Origin: Zygnema circumcarinatum SAG 698-1b
Lineage: Eukaryota; Plantae; Zygnematophyceae
Direction: 5' to 3'
DNA: 64,000 nucleotides
NCBI GenBank assembly: GCA_037447605.1
Contig: CM074816.1
Coordinates: 1,516,525-1,580,524, forward strand
This document shows positions 39,901-52,100 of the stretch, in pieces; within the stretch, counting starts at the first letter, position 1, and each line of letters opens with the position of its first letter. Below the pieces are notes generated by a model. That model was not told the origin of the DNA. It saw only the letters and a list, made by a program, of their open reading frames with translations, and did no database searches. Both the position numbers and the translations under genes were made by a program.

Positions 39901-42900
39901 GAGTCTACAGAGGAAATTAAATTTATATTCATACCTCTCTTTTAAAATCCGCTATGCTTTCCTCCTTGTCATGTGCTCGTTTCACTGCCCACAAACTTCC
40001 ATCAGGAGAGACCCCCTGATAGACAGTGCCAAAACCCCCTTTTCCAATCGTTTTCTCATTGCTGAAATTATCCGTTGCTTTCATGATATCGGCTAGGGGA
40101 ATGGGCATCGCGAATTTTTGGCGTAGCTCCTCATCTAAAGCATGCATGCCTGCATGCAAAGATGTGCGACATCACCTCAAATTAGCAATGATGACATACG
40201 CCGTTAAGGTCTGATGCTGTTTGAAGTTGACATGTGCGCATACCAAAGCGTATGCATGCATGCATGCATGCATGCATGAAATGTGAGGTAGTTCTATTGT
40301 GGCGCTATTCTTCCTCACTCCCGCAAAGAGAATGAAGAGTGTTTAGGCACTAGAAAATGTGACGTCACCAGCATTGCCAACTGCCATGCGGAAATAAAGT
40401 CACATGTTTTGCTTCTCGACAGAGAGTGCTAATAGGTAGAATTAAAGGCTGACCATCTGCAGGTTGGTAGCCGTTTTTCGACCGCCGTTTACAACAGAAA
40501 AGAAAGCACAAAAGAATCATAACAGCAATTGCGAGTACACCTCCAACGCTTGTTGCCACCGCGATGATAACAGTCGATTCTGTGGAAAATTGAACCCAAC
40601 ACAGCTTGTTATGATCTTTGTGATAGTTTAATAAACGAAAAAAAATGTATGACTGAGAAGACTTTTCGAATGTTAATCCGAGAGAACGATAATGCACTTG
40701 CTTTCACTGGATTTGAACATTTTAAAGTGTAGAACATTAGCTGTTAATAGAATAGGAGCAGTTGCGCTTATTCCAAAATGGAAAGTTGACTCCTTATAAT
40801 CCTTGTAAACATACTCATAATAAAAATGATCTCCTAATCTTCAGGTATGAAAGGGTGAGAGAATAAAGGTAGTTTCCAAAATTTACCGTTGTTTTTTGAG
40901 TGTGGTGGTGGTGGTGGTGGTGGGGGTGATGGCTCTAAAGAAGGGGATGATGGTGTTGAAGGAGAGGGTTCTGCGATTGAGAAAAAACAAGAATTCAATG
41001 AGTGAACTGGAATAATTCAAAAAAGTATCAATGTAGGAAGAAAAGGTCGTTTCATAAATACCATTTCCATTGACGGGAGGTGGTGGTGAGGATGATGGTG
41101 TTAAAGGAGATGGTACTGCAATTGAGAAAGCAAAGAAATTCAATGAGTCTGTATAGAAATGGTATTTGTTCAAAATACAAAGTAACACTCGCAAACAGGC
41201 ATTCTCTCATTTTAGAGTACAGATCCTCATCTTGTAAACATTCATCTTTGGTCATGCAAGTAGTGTTCTCAGCTTACTTCAAAAGAGTGCAGCTTTCTTG
41301 ATCATGGTAAAACATAGGGTTCACTTTACAAAACTTGCGATGGCAAAGCCATCGAACTAGCCAACAACGAGAGAGGAGAAAGAGAGAGAGCGGGAGAGAG
41401 AGAGAGAGATCAAGAAGAAAGGGATGCCGAGAGGAAGCCAAGGCAGCAGTGTGCCAAATGACCATCACTTGAAAAAATCAAAGTCATTAGAATTTGTTCT
41501 AGAGAAATACCTGGCGAAGGAGGCAATGGAGGGGGCGGAGATGGTGGACCTGCACCATGAAGGCACATCGAAACTTGTCACAATAAATCATTCTAAAGAA
41601 ATGGAAATTTCCATTGCAAAAAATTGAAATCCATGTGAGGATAGAACCACAATGTCTATCAAAGTACGGACACGTGCTCTCCGACACGCACTTACTTGAC
41701 ATGTGTCACTAAGCCGAGCAGCTATGAGACACTTTTGAGTTTGAGTGACAAAATATGGCCACTGTGGCCTCATATTACTGTTGTACTATGGACGCGACAG
41801 GTGTGCTCCCACCATCTTGAAACCACAAAAAAGCGTATGTACATAAATATAACTCACCGATTTTAATGTCGCCAGAAATCCTGAAGCACCACTTTCCAGA
41901 AGTGTTCACGTTAGAATCGTTTGTCAAATTCGACAGTTGTTTATAGTTTTCAAACAGATTCAGATCGTCTTCTCCACCATCGGCATATCCCACTTCCCTA
42001 TCTTTGGGAGGGCCCACTGCTCCCTCCATTTCACACAAATGTCCCGGCTGCACTGGCTTAAAAAGGTTGAGAAGTGACTCAATGAAGACATACTTTATAC
42101 GACAACAAATTGAATTCACACTTTTAGGGTAAGTTCTGCTGAGCTCTAAACATTTCAATAACTCACATGCAGAAATCAAAGAAAATGGAACGTTGAAGAT
42201 ATTGAGTAGAAGACGACATCAATATCCAAAGGTGAGACCGCTCACCCCATTGCAATTCCCCCATTGGATAGAGAAAACAAGTGTAAGTCAGCGGTAATAG
42301 GGAATCCCACGTGAGCCACATCTGAAATGTGTTTAACTTATCGGTTGTGCTCCTGCGAGTGAGCACATACATAGGGATGAGGCATTTGTAACCGACATTT
42401 TCATAATACTATCCCTTACTGTAAGCTCAGAGAAATCGATATCTCATAGAAAAGCGTTGAAGAGAGAAAATATCTGAGTCTAGAATTTAGATTGCTAGTT
42501 AAGTCATCAATGGTTAACCGTTAAGCGAGGACACCAATGTTGACTCATGTATTTACATTAGTGACATGATCTAGTGGAACATAGAACCAACGAAAACTGT
42601 ACGAGAACAGGTTCAACTTACTGGCCCTGTGCCACAGCGATGTAGGACACCACTAACCCTCCATCCGGTTTGAAAAGTTTGACGTCTGCATCTGCGGAAA
42701 ATACTTTTTTCACATCTTGCTTCAGAAGTGCGAGGCCTGTGGAGTTATTCGATGCGTTCAGCATTCGGTAGTATACGTATCCTTTGAGTGTTGTGTCTGA
42801 AAGGAAAAGACGAAGGAAAGTGAAATGGTGAGAGTGAAAATGGGACGAAAAGAGGAATGGCCAAGACACAGGATAAAAGAGGAAAGTAAAAGCAAGGATC

Positions 42901-44236
42901 ACTGTAGGCGTTTTCGACATTGTTGAGAGTTTGGTGACACCAGTCTGGATAACTTATATGCTATGACTGAAGAACTAAGTCAAAGGGAGGGAGGGAGGGA
43001 GGGAGAGAGAGAGGGGGCGGCTCCGCCCCTTCCTCTCTGCTTCTTGCAAGGAGGAAGGGAGGGAGGGGGAAGGGAGGGGGGGAAGGAACGTAGATGGAGG
43101 GGGGGGGCCTCCATGCAGCAGATAAGCTGTGCTTGGTCACGGCAACCCTCTATATGCAATTGATAAGTATCTCATTTGTAGTCTTAACTAGGGAAGACCC
43201 GGGATGAGGCTAAAGCGGCTTGTTTGGTTCCTTTGTTCGTGTGTGATCTTATATAGATGAATCCTTTGAGCACGAGAATTTGGCATTCGCACGCCCGCCT
43301 GAAATGACAGCTAAAGGCAGGCAAACCCTTATAGCTGACGACCAGAGCGAACTCCCCAGCCAATGCGAAGCCGGATTCCATTTGTGGGTGCCCTGTTTGA
43401 GGGCGGCAGGAAAAGCGGGCTCTCTCCCTCCCTCCCACCCTCCCTCCCTTCCTCCCTGCCTGCTTGCTTGCCTCCCTCCCAACTCCCAACTCCCTACATC
43501 CCCCCTTGCCTCCTCCCTCCCTGCCTGCCTCCCTGCCTCCCTGACTCCCTCCCTCCCTCCCTGCCTCCTTCCTCCCTGCCTGTTTCCCTGCTTCCTTGAC
43601 CTCCTCCTTCCCTGCCTCCCTCCCTCCCTCCCTCCCACCCTCCCTCCTTCTCATATGGATTGTGGATGCGATAAGCTACTCCCAATCTAATTCAGTGATC
43701 GCAAGGAATAGAGCCGTAACGCGCTCACCCGCATCGTCACCGAACGGAGCGACATACACTTCCGACCTGTCAGAGGAAGGCGAGGGAAGGTATAAGGGAA
43801 AAGAGAGAGAGAGAGAGAGAGAGCGAGAGCTGAGACGGGTAGACCTTTAAGAAGTGAGGTTACAGTGTAGTGAGGTCATTTCTGTGAAAAAAATAGAGAG
43901 AGAGAGAGTAGGGAGAGGAGAAGAATGGGCGAGAGAGAGAATGCACCCGGCACCGGGAAAATTTATTCGTCCATCGTTGCTGATGTTCAAGGAAGTGATT
44001 GTGTAACTGAAGAAGGACATGGGCGCGGGCATCTTCATGAGAGCACTCGTGCAATCGTCGCAGCGCTTTAACTTTGCATCGCCATTTTCAGGACCGTACG
44101 GAACCAAGTCCGCATCTGAGAGGGAGGCCGCAGGCAGCGGAAGAGAGAGAGACGCGAGAGCCAGCAATGGCGGGAGAAGGAAGGGAAGGGACTTGGGCAT
44201 CTCTCTCGCTCTCCTCCGTGACGCGACGGCAGCCAT
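36997..44236 (-). CDS. Receptor-like kinase (RLK/Pelle type): signal peptide / NIDO-like ectodomain / Pro-rich stalk / TM / Ser-Thr kinase; 16 exons, ~716 aa
   Basis: Exons 44236-43947, 43766-43729, 42796-42622, 42352-42246, 42016-41858 (acceptor uncertain), 41549-41511, 41115-41062, 40970-40887, 40579-40454 ([31 protein letters not shown]), 40149-39935 (GKGGFG, WAVKR), 39440-39305, 38888-38737 (HRDIKPEN), 38577-38489 (DFG), 38104-38045, 37725-37626, 37323-36997. Total 2151 nt, all in phase. Confidence 0.9.
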
Positions 44237-45299
44237 GGAGGACTCTCCGGAGCTCCCGGACTCTTCGGCCCCAGCTGTCAACCGCGACCTCCCCGAACCT
44301 GACAACCCCAAACCCACAAAACGCCAAACCCTAAAAACGCCAAACCCTAAAAACGTCAAACCCTAAAAACGCCAAATCCTAAAAACGCCAGACCCTAAAA
44401 ACTCCAAACCCTAAAACCCCAACCCTAAATCCCCTTGACGAAAGGGGCGATCTGCATATGGCGAGAAGGGCGAGGCCCCCAACGGTCGGCGCGGGACCGT
44501 CGTCCGCCGGCGGAGGCGGCAGCACTTGAAACCGTTTTCACTGTACGGCATTGCAGCCGTGAGATTCCCGATCTATGCTCCCAGTTCCGCGTTGCAGTTG
44601 AGAGTGACGTCAAGATGACGGAAACAAAAACCACAGCGCGAGAGATAGGGTCTTTTACTCCTTTTACACAACGGGATTTGGAAAAAAAACTATAGATTTG
44701 CTGACGTTTTGCATACGTCATCAGTTCCAGCTCGAGTGCGTTGGAAGCATTGACGGCCGCGTGACGTCACGCCACGGGAGGGGCGGGACGGGCTGACTGC
44801 AACTGGAACTGGAATTGCGACGAGTTCTATGCTGAACGGTGTTGTTATTGTTGTTGTTGTATGATGTCCAACGACAGCTGTGCATGCAGCCGAGTTGACT
44901 CTCTCCGTTGACTAATGATGAAACTTTAATGCCAATATTACCTCTGACGTATTCGTTGCCATGAGCCAATGGAGACTGGCCACGTCAGCGTAGTGTCCGT
45001 AGATCATTTCCTCTCACTTTACGGCTTGTTTTCATGGCAGGCAAAAGAAGAGACGATAGGATGTGGCATTGACCTCACGATGGCGATGATGCATGCCATC
45101 ACATGTGCATGCAGAACATCAGCATCACAGGGAACCACGAGGAACATTGGGCGAAGAAAAGGTATTCTATTGGGTAAGAAAAGGTAGACGAAATAGCCGG
45201 AGAGTTGCAGAGAGGAGAGGCGAGAGAGTGGACGACGACAGAAAGGCTGAGGAGAAGTTGGAAGAAGGACGAGCGAGTGAAGAGGAAAAGGAGGGAGTG

Positions 45300-46229
45300 G
45301 GAGAGGGAGAGGGAGGGAGAGGGAGAGGGAGAGGGAGAGGGAGAGGGNNNNNNNNNNGGAGAGGGAGAGGGAGAGGGAGATGGAGAGGGAGAGGGAGAGG
45401 GAGAGGGAGAGGGAGAGGGAGAGAGAGAGAGAGGCTCGAGTGGGGAAGACAGTGGGGGCGGAAGAAGGGAGCCAGAGAGTGGTTCTGCTTTCTGAATTTC
45501 GATGTATACATTTTTAATTTTGAATTTATTTTGCGTCTCTCAGATCGTACCCTGTCTTTCCAACGCCGTTGACAAGCGTATAGTCCAGAGGAGGAGCTGC
45601 AAAAAAAAAAAAAAGAAAAAAAAGAAAAAAAAAAAAGGGGGGGAAGGGGGGTGGGGAAGCAATTTAGAGAACTGAAAATTAACATGTGAGGGAGGGTTGA
45701 AGCAAATCTGTAACTCAGAAAGAGATTGAAAATATGAATTATGGAAAACAGTCTATTCATTCAAGAACCTGAAAGACTGTCTCACAAACATCTGGATTAA
45801 AGAGAAATAGAGGGAACAAAGGTAGGATTTAAAGTCAAGCTCTCTCACCCACTCCCTTCCTCCACCACGTTTCTTTTCATCTCCATCACAATCTATCTGC
45901 CCTCTCCCTCTCTCTCTCTCTCTATCCCCCTCGCTCTCTCTCCCACCCCTTCCCTCTCTCCCCCTCTCTATCTCTCTCCCTATCTCTTCTGCTGCCCCCC
46001 CCCAAGGTCAGTAACAGCGCATCCTGAACCTTCAACCCAAAAACATAAGCCCTCAACCTGAACCCTGAACTCGGAACCCTAACCCTTCAAACGTGCGCCC
46101 TCGGGCAGCACCCCTTAAACCCTACAACCCTAATCTCAGCCGTACGCCTTAAACCCTGAGCCCTAGGCCCTTACCAGACGAAGCGGCACCGCTCGTCTCC
46201 GCCACGTCGGATCCCTGCTCCACGCCCAT
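45300..46229 (-). pseudogene. Truncated duplicate of the SSUH2-like gene (exon 1 46229-46175 and exon 2 45596-45551 only)
   Basis: Near-identical to 35640-35586 and 35060-35015 including introns and upstream region (to ~46880). No exon 3 follows. Confidence 0.85.
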
Positions 46230-47199
46230 TGCTGCCACGTGTCGCCTCCGGAGCCCTCTCTCCCTCCCTTCCTCCCTCTCTCCCTCCCACTCTCCCTCCC
46301 TTTCTTTCTTTCCCACACCCTCTCCCTCCCTCTCTCCCGCTCCCACTCCCTCAAATTGGCAGACCGAATTTGGCATCGTGGTGGGACTGACGAGGGCCCT
46401 CGTACGGCCATGTACGGCAATTCATGGATATCGTATCGCGATATATTGTTATCTTCGAAATTGGAATATATTTCAGGACGTAATATCGAGATGTAAATTT
46501 TGATATCGATTCCTATTATACCCTAAAACATCGTACTGCGTATTGAAATGTATCGCATCGGACGATATCCTATGAGTATATCATATCGAGAACTATGGTA
46601 AAATATTGCTTCGCGATATATCGTACAATAAAAAAAAAAAACTGTGAAAACCTGTGAAATCTAGTCTGGTAGCGCTACAATATATCTTAAAATATCGTAT
46701 CCCGGTGCATTTTTTATTATCGCGTTGTCATATATCTTTCATGCATCGAATCGAAATATATTGTCTGATAGTGAATATCGGAATCGATATATCTTTAGAA
46801 CATCGTGATGCGTGACTGCAGAGCGGAGTCGTTGGATGGGGTCCCCCGGTCGTACGAAATGTACGGAATCGGCGGCCGCAGAATTTAAAAAGGCTTAAAA
46901 ACGAAATGAGTACCTTTTAGTATAAGGAATTCGGGAATTTCGTAAGCGATGGTCGTCTGACCCCCCCTTGACCCGTGGATCCGTGGATTGAGCGTGGATC
47001 GCATCCACGGGCAACGTGTGCATGTTACAAATACAATGCGCAATGTTCACTCTTCTTCAACCAAAAAGTCATGAACCGGTCGAGCACAATGCCTCCATAA
47101 AAATGAGGAGTTTGATACCCTAGAAGTCATAAAGCACCCTCTTGTTAACTTTCCGTAGATGCTTATCAAAACACGAGAGTTCCTAATGCAGCCTCGTAT

Positions 47200-49078
47200 T
47201 TAAGTGCATGCGCTTGTCGTAGGAACACAAATCATCTTCATTTTTTTCAAGGCTGACGCAGTGCATGGGAAGCCATTGAGTTTTTTAAAACTCTCCTTCT
47301 TGTTGAAGCACGTCTTACGATTGGCGCATTTATCTCCTGCCTTCAACGTGTACGTGTTCCCAGTACAGTCCGCACTGGCGCCAAGATTCGCAGCTTCCAG
47401 ACACACCTGCAGGATGCAGGCCGTACATAGTTCTGACGTTAAGACAAAAAAAAAAATGAGTTAATTCTTCAATTGGCGAGACCGCCGCATACCCAATTCG
47501 ACCGGAAGAGCTAACCACATCGTCATTCACTCCGACCAAGTCGAACAAACGATTTAAAACCAACTCGACAAGAAATTCAAACTATGATTGTAACGACTTT
47601 GACACGTGCATGACCTTGTAATATTTGATTGCGCGTTCTTTGTCCCTTTCTTACATGCTGCCCAATCGAAGCGCTGCTGCTCGTGGAGAGCAGCAGCTTG
47701 CCGCAGTACACCCCGGGATTGAGCGTGTAAAACTTTTTGATGTCTCCAGCGAGTTCGTTCCTTATGATGGAGAAGCACGACTCCTCGGGCTGCACAAAGT
47801 ACGGCTTCGTGCATGGCCCCGGATAGACAAGGTCTCCCCTCTGAATGCAGACCTGCAAGAGAATTCGACACTCATACTTCGCTACTATTAACGTCGTTTG
47901 ATGATGTGACACCGTGCCTCGGACTACGAACAATTAAAGACGAAAAGTGTTAGTAGGTAGATATACTTCGCGTTGCTCCCAGAATTTGATCAGATTCTTT
48001 AAGTAGATTTGTCTTTTTTTTTGTGACCGTTGGATTGTAGCATGCGAGATTACGGATCTTTGGCCATTGGGTATGCAACGTGCAAAGAGGCAGTGGTATT
48101 AAGCAAATGGACGTTAAAATTTGAAGTTATTTGAGCTCACAAGCTCTAATATGCTTCGCGCTTTTTTGCAAATGAGGGCTCTTATCTGATCAGTAGAATT
48201 CACTGAACTGAACATGTTAAAATTGAGCTTTACTCCTTCCACGTTCAAAGGTGGTACCTGCTGGAAAGGTCGAAGCTGCGAGCAGCTTAAGTCCGGATTG
48301 GGAGATCCGGGCCCATATATCGATGTAACGTTGAAATATGCTGCAATTGCCTCACACGTGTCACCCTGAAGGAAGCAAAATTTGAGTTGGTAACTGTCAG
48401 CTGCACCTTCGATCATCAGTGACACATTAAAGTTGGAGGGAGAAAATCAAGAAGAGATCTTCAAGAGAAAAAGTGGAGGCGATAGTACGGAGGCTGACCT
48501 CATTGACAGCGTACACCACAGAGCAGTTTCCGTAATTGGTGACATTCACCACCGTACCTCCCGGCAAGGGCAATAGGCAGTTCAGCCTCTGAAAAACGCA
48601 CAAGAGATTGTGAAAAAAGGCACCAAATATGAGCATAATAAGAGCGTAATAGACGAAGAAAGAGGTTGTAGAAACACCAGCCCCTACCCTTTCCTGGATG
48701 TATATTCAAGGAAAGTGAGAGAGATGTACGATAAGTTGTTGTGAGAGGATGTGCGCTCTCTCACTGACCTTATTTTGGGCTAAGAAAACGTCGTTCTTGA
48801 TGCCATACATGATAAATATGTCGTAGCAACTCATGTTGGCGCCGGCTGGCACAGTAAAGTACTGCAATCCTGTAGCTATTGCGGCTGAAGGCGATACCCA
48901 AACTAATCAGGGATTTGAGTTAAAATGGCCTCAGCAACGATTATTTCCTTTCCTAGAAAAAAAGGAGAAGTAAAAAGTGATAGTACATTCGTGTGATTGT
49001 TTAGGTAGTAGTGTCGTCAGAATTTGGGTCATCTTCCATGTTCTTCAAGTCAAGAAGGAATTTGCGTTCGATCGCATC

Positions 49079-49115
<37 letters not shown>

Positions 49116-49125
49116 NNNNNNNNNN

Positions 49126-49163
<38 letters not shown>

Positions 49164-52100
49164 AAATTATGAAATTGAAGTCATGACCTTGCTTAAGAAA
49201 TGTTTTATCTGTTCTAGAAAGAACGAAGATCTGACCTGGCACGCAAGTGAGGATGCCATCCGGAGAGTCGGCGGCATATCCCAGCGGGCAGGCGCAGGCG
49301 TACGTGCCAGGTGTCGCCACCGCATTGAGACACGTCCCCACGCCGCAGGGGTTGCTTGCAGCGAAGGTGCAAGGGGAGACTGTTCCACAGGAGACACTCA
49401 TACGGTTGTTTACTAAGTACTTCAAATCGCATGTAGCAACAATTAAGCGCTTTCCTAAACGTTTGATTAAGAGCTTGCATTGGAAATAGGAAGGAAATCA
49501 GAGGTGAAAAAGCCTTTACACTATACGTTATGGGTCTGGGTAGTTACATGCATACGCGGGTCAGAAATGCACGGAGTGGTACACCATTTGATGAAAAAGA
49601 TTTTCGAAGGTTAGTTCATTGAACAAACATGATCGGACATGAACATCTACTTAATGGAATTGACCACCCACGTGGTGCACATGTTTGCGAGTTGTCGCTG
49701 TTGGTCACTGCCACGAATCCCTCCGAGCAGCGACATTAGTTCGTAGAACCATTCACAGTACACACACCATTTCCGCACGGGTTCATTGTACCTGGTCCAT
49801 TTGTGGTCATAAGAACTGTACTGGCATAGTTTCTCGTAAAGCATGGATCATAGTCTGCATCCACCAGACACGAGAGTACGAACAAGATCAATATTTTTCC
49901 CTTGCTAGAAGCTGAGAATGGAGCGGTGCAATGATCGCGAAACTCCAAAAAAGAAAAGTGAACATGCTTTCATTCTAATGAGCTAGAGAAATATCGCCAT
50001 CCTCTCGACTAACTGACCGTTTAGCTATGTGATTTCATCCGGTGGTTCATTAAGATTGATGGGACAATCACAAGGGCTGTCTTAGCCTTGCGCATTGCAA
50101 GCATGTTGCGTGTACCATCAGCTCATAGTTCACGCTAAGTTAAGCTAAGCGAGTAAGCTAGTTCGAGCCACGATAGTAAGCTACAACGTCAACTGCCACG
50201 GTGATGAAAGTTGAAGATCGTGAATGAAATCGACAACTCCCTCTCACCTGCAGACTTCACTACAGGCATAAGTGCCGGAAGGGTGTTGATTCCGCATGTC
50301 CCCAAACCGGCGGATATTTTGAGGCGCATGTAGCCCTGCTCGCCCCAGTTTTGGCCCCACGAGTTGCGGATGATCCAAAAGGGTGGATCCGCACTCAAGT
50401 CGTATCCGACCACCACCACGCTGTGATCCACTCCGTTAGAAAAGCAGTCTTCATCGTCAAACACCCCCTGCAACAAAAGCAATTTTGCTGTAAAAATGAG
50501 TGTTGTCAGATGAATATCGGAAAAGTAGTTAGTAGGTAATGTCACTGATGCCAACAATTAAGAGTCAATCACGTGAGCGTCTTGAGAAAATAGAAGCAAG
50601 GTCGTTTCCCAAATGGCAGAGGATCAAAATGAAACAAAGAATCGATGAGTTTCCAGCAGAGCCATGAGAAGATCTATATTGTTATTACTCCGTTGTAGTT
50701 GATGAAGTTGGAACTGCTCGCTTCAATATTCACAATAGCCGGTTGCTGCTGCAGAATGAGCAGTAAGCCCAGCCAGCCGTTGAAGGCCACTTGCTCAAAC
50801 GATGTAATTTTAAACCTGTTATCACCCTGCAAGTTACAACCCCATTATAAGTCAAATAAATCTTTATGAAGTTGTTTTTCCTAATTGTGCACAAAGTCCT
50901 GCCATGAAGGAGAAAGCAAACTCAAGGAATCCAAGCACCTTCAGTTTGTGCTCTTCTTTTCCTTCACGCAGACTGGTATACAAAAAAGGATGAGCTGAAA
51001 TTGTTACCAAGCAAAAACTTCTTTGCTGCTGTGCAGGTCACTCTTTCGCCTATCTCCTTGGCCAGCTCTCATTTCAGCAGAGGTTTTTTGTACCTTTCCG
51101 CAGCTCGGTTGCCCCGTGAAATTCGATGCTAAAGTGAGGGCGTTGTTTGCGGCATAGTCAAGCGCCTCCTGGGGCCATCCCCCGGACGCGCAGGTCTTGC
51201 CGGTGGAGGAGCAGCTCAGGAGCTGCTGCTCTGCCAACTGCGGGGTCGGAAGATTTCCACCGTTGACGATGAAAATTGCGCTTTCAATGGCAGATATAGA
51301 AGAAAATACCCAACAAGAGCCTGCAAGAAAACAGCAACATGAATCAGCCTCTGACATGCATTTGAGTTCTCCATGTCCTAAGTCAGCATCCTTCTCTAAA
51401 ATGCCTCAAACGGTGAAAACCAGTATGACCAAATGTCGCAGCCTAACTACAGATAAGTAAGAAAATCTTTATAGAAAATTTCTGTCAAGGTTGTTGAGGA
51501 CCAAGTGCATGCAATGTAGAATGCTTTTGAGATACATGACCTCCTGGATCGTATTTGCAAAATGGCAATACAGCCATAATGACTCAGGTCCTTCAAATGC
51601 TCAAAGAAGCGCTGAGCACTCACTGCAGCTTCCTTGATCCTTGACGCCTTGGACGGCTCCTTCCACCGTCCAATTCCAGGCGATGGCCACCTGCCACGAA
51701 GACTTGCCATTTCTCTGCCTCAAGTATCCCGTTGTCGCATATCGAAAATAGCGGTTCAGTTTAGCATATGATGTGATGGGGAGGCTCGTGTTTAAGCCGA
51801 AACCTCGTCCCCCTACATGTCGACAGGAGCAATACAAAATTTCAAAGAGGATTTCTGCTGCTTAACCTGGGTAATCTACGACTTCGCAGACCTTTTTTGC
51901 AAAAGAGACATCTTAGATGCTCATTTTGGAAGTGTTTCTCAAAAATTTAACCTTTACTGGGAATCAAGCGAGGACATTCTGAATCACAATATAACCCACA
52001 ACGAAATCGAAAGCATAGTCGAGACCTCACCAAAAACACAAGTGTTCGTATCTGAGGTGATGTTGTACCCAATATCGCAAGTGCAGGTCGGCTGGCTACC

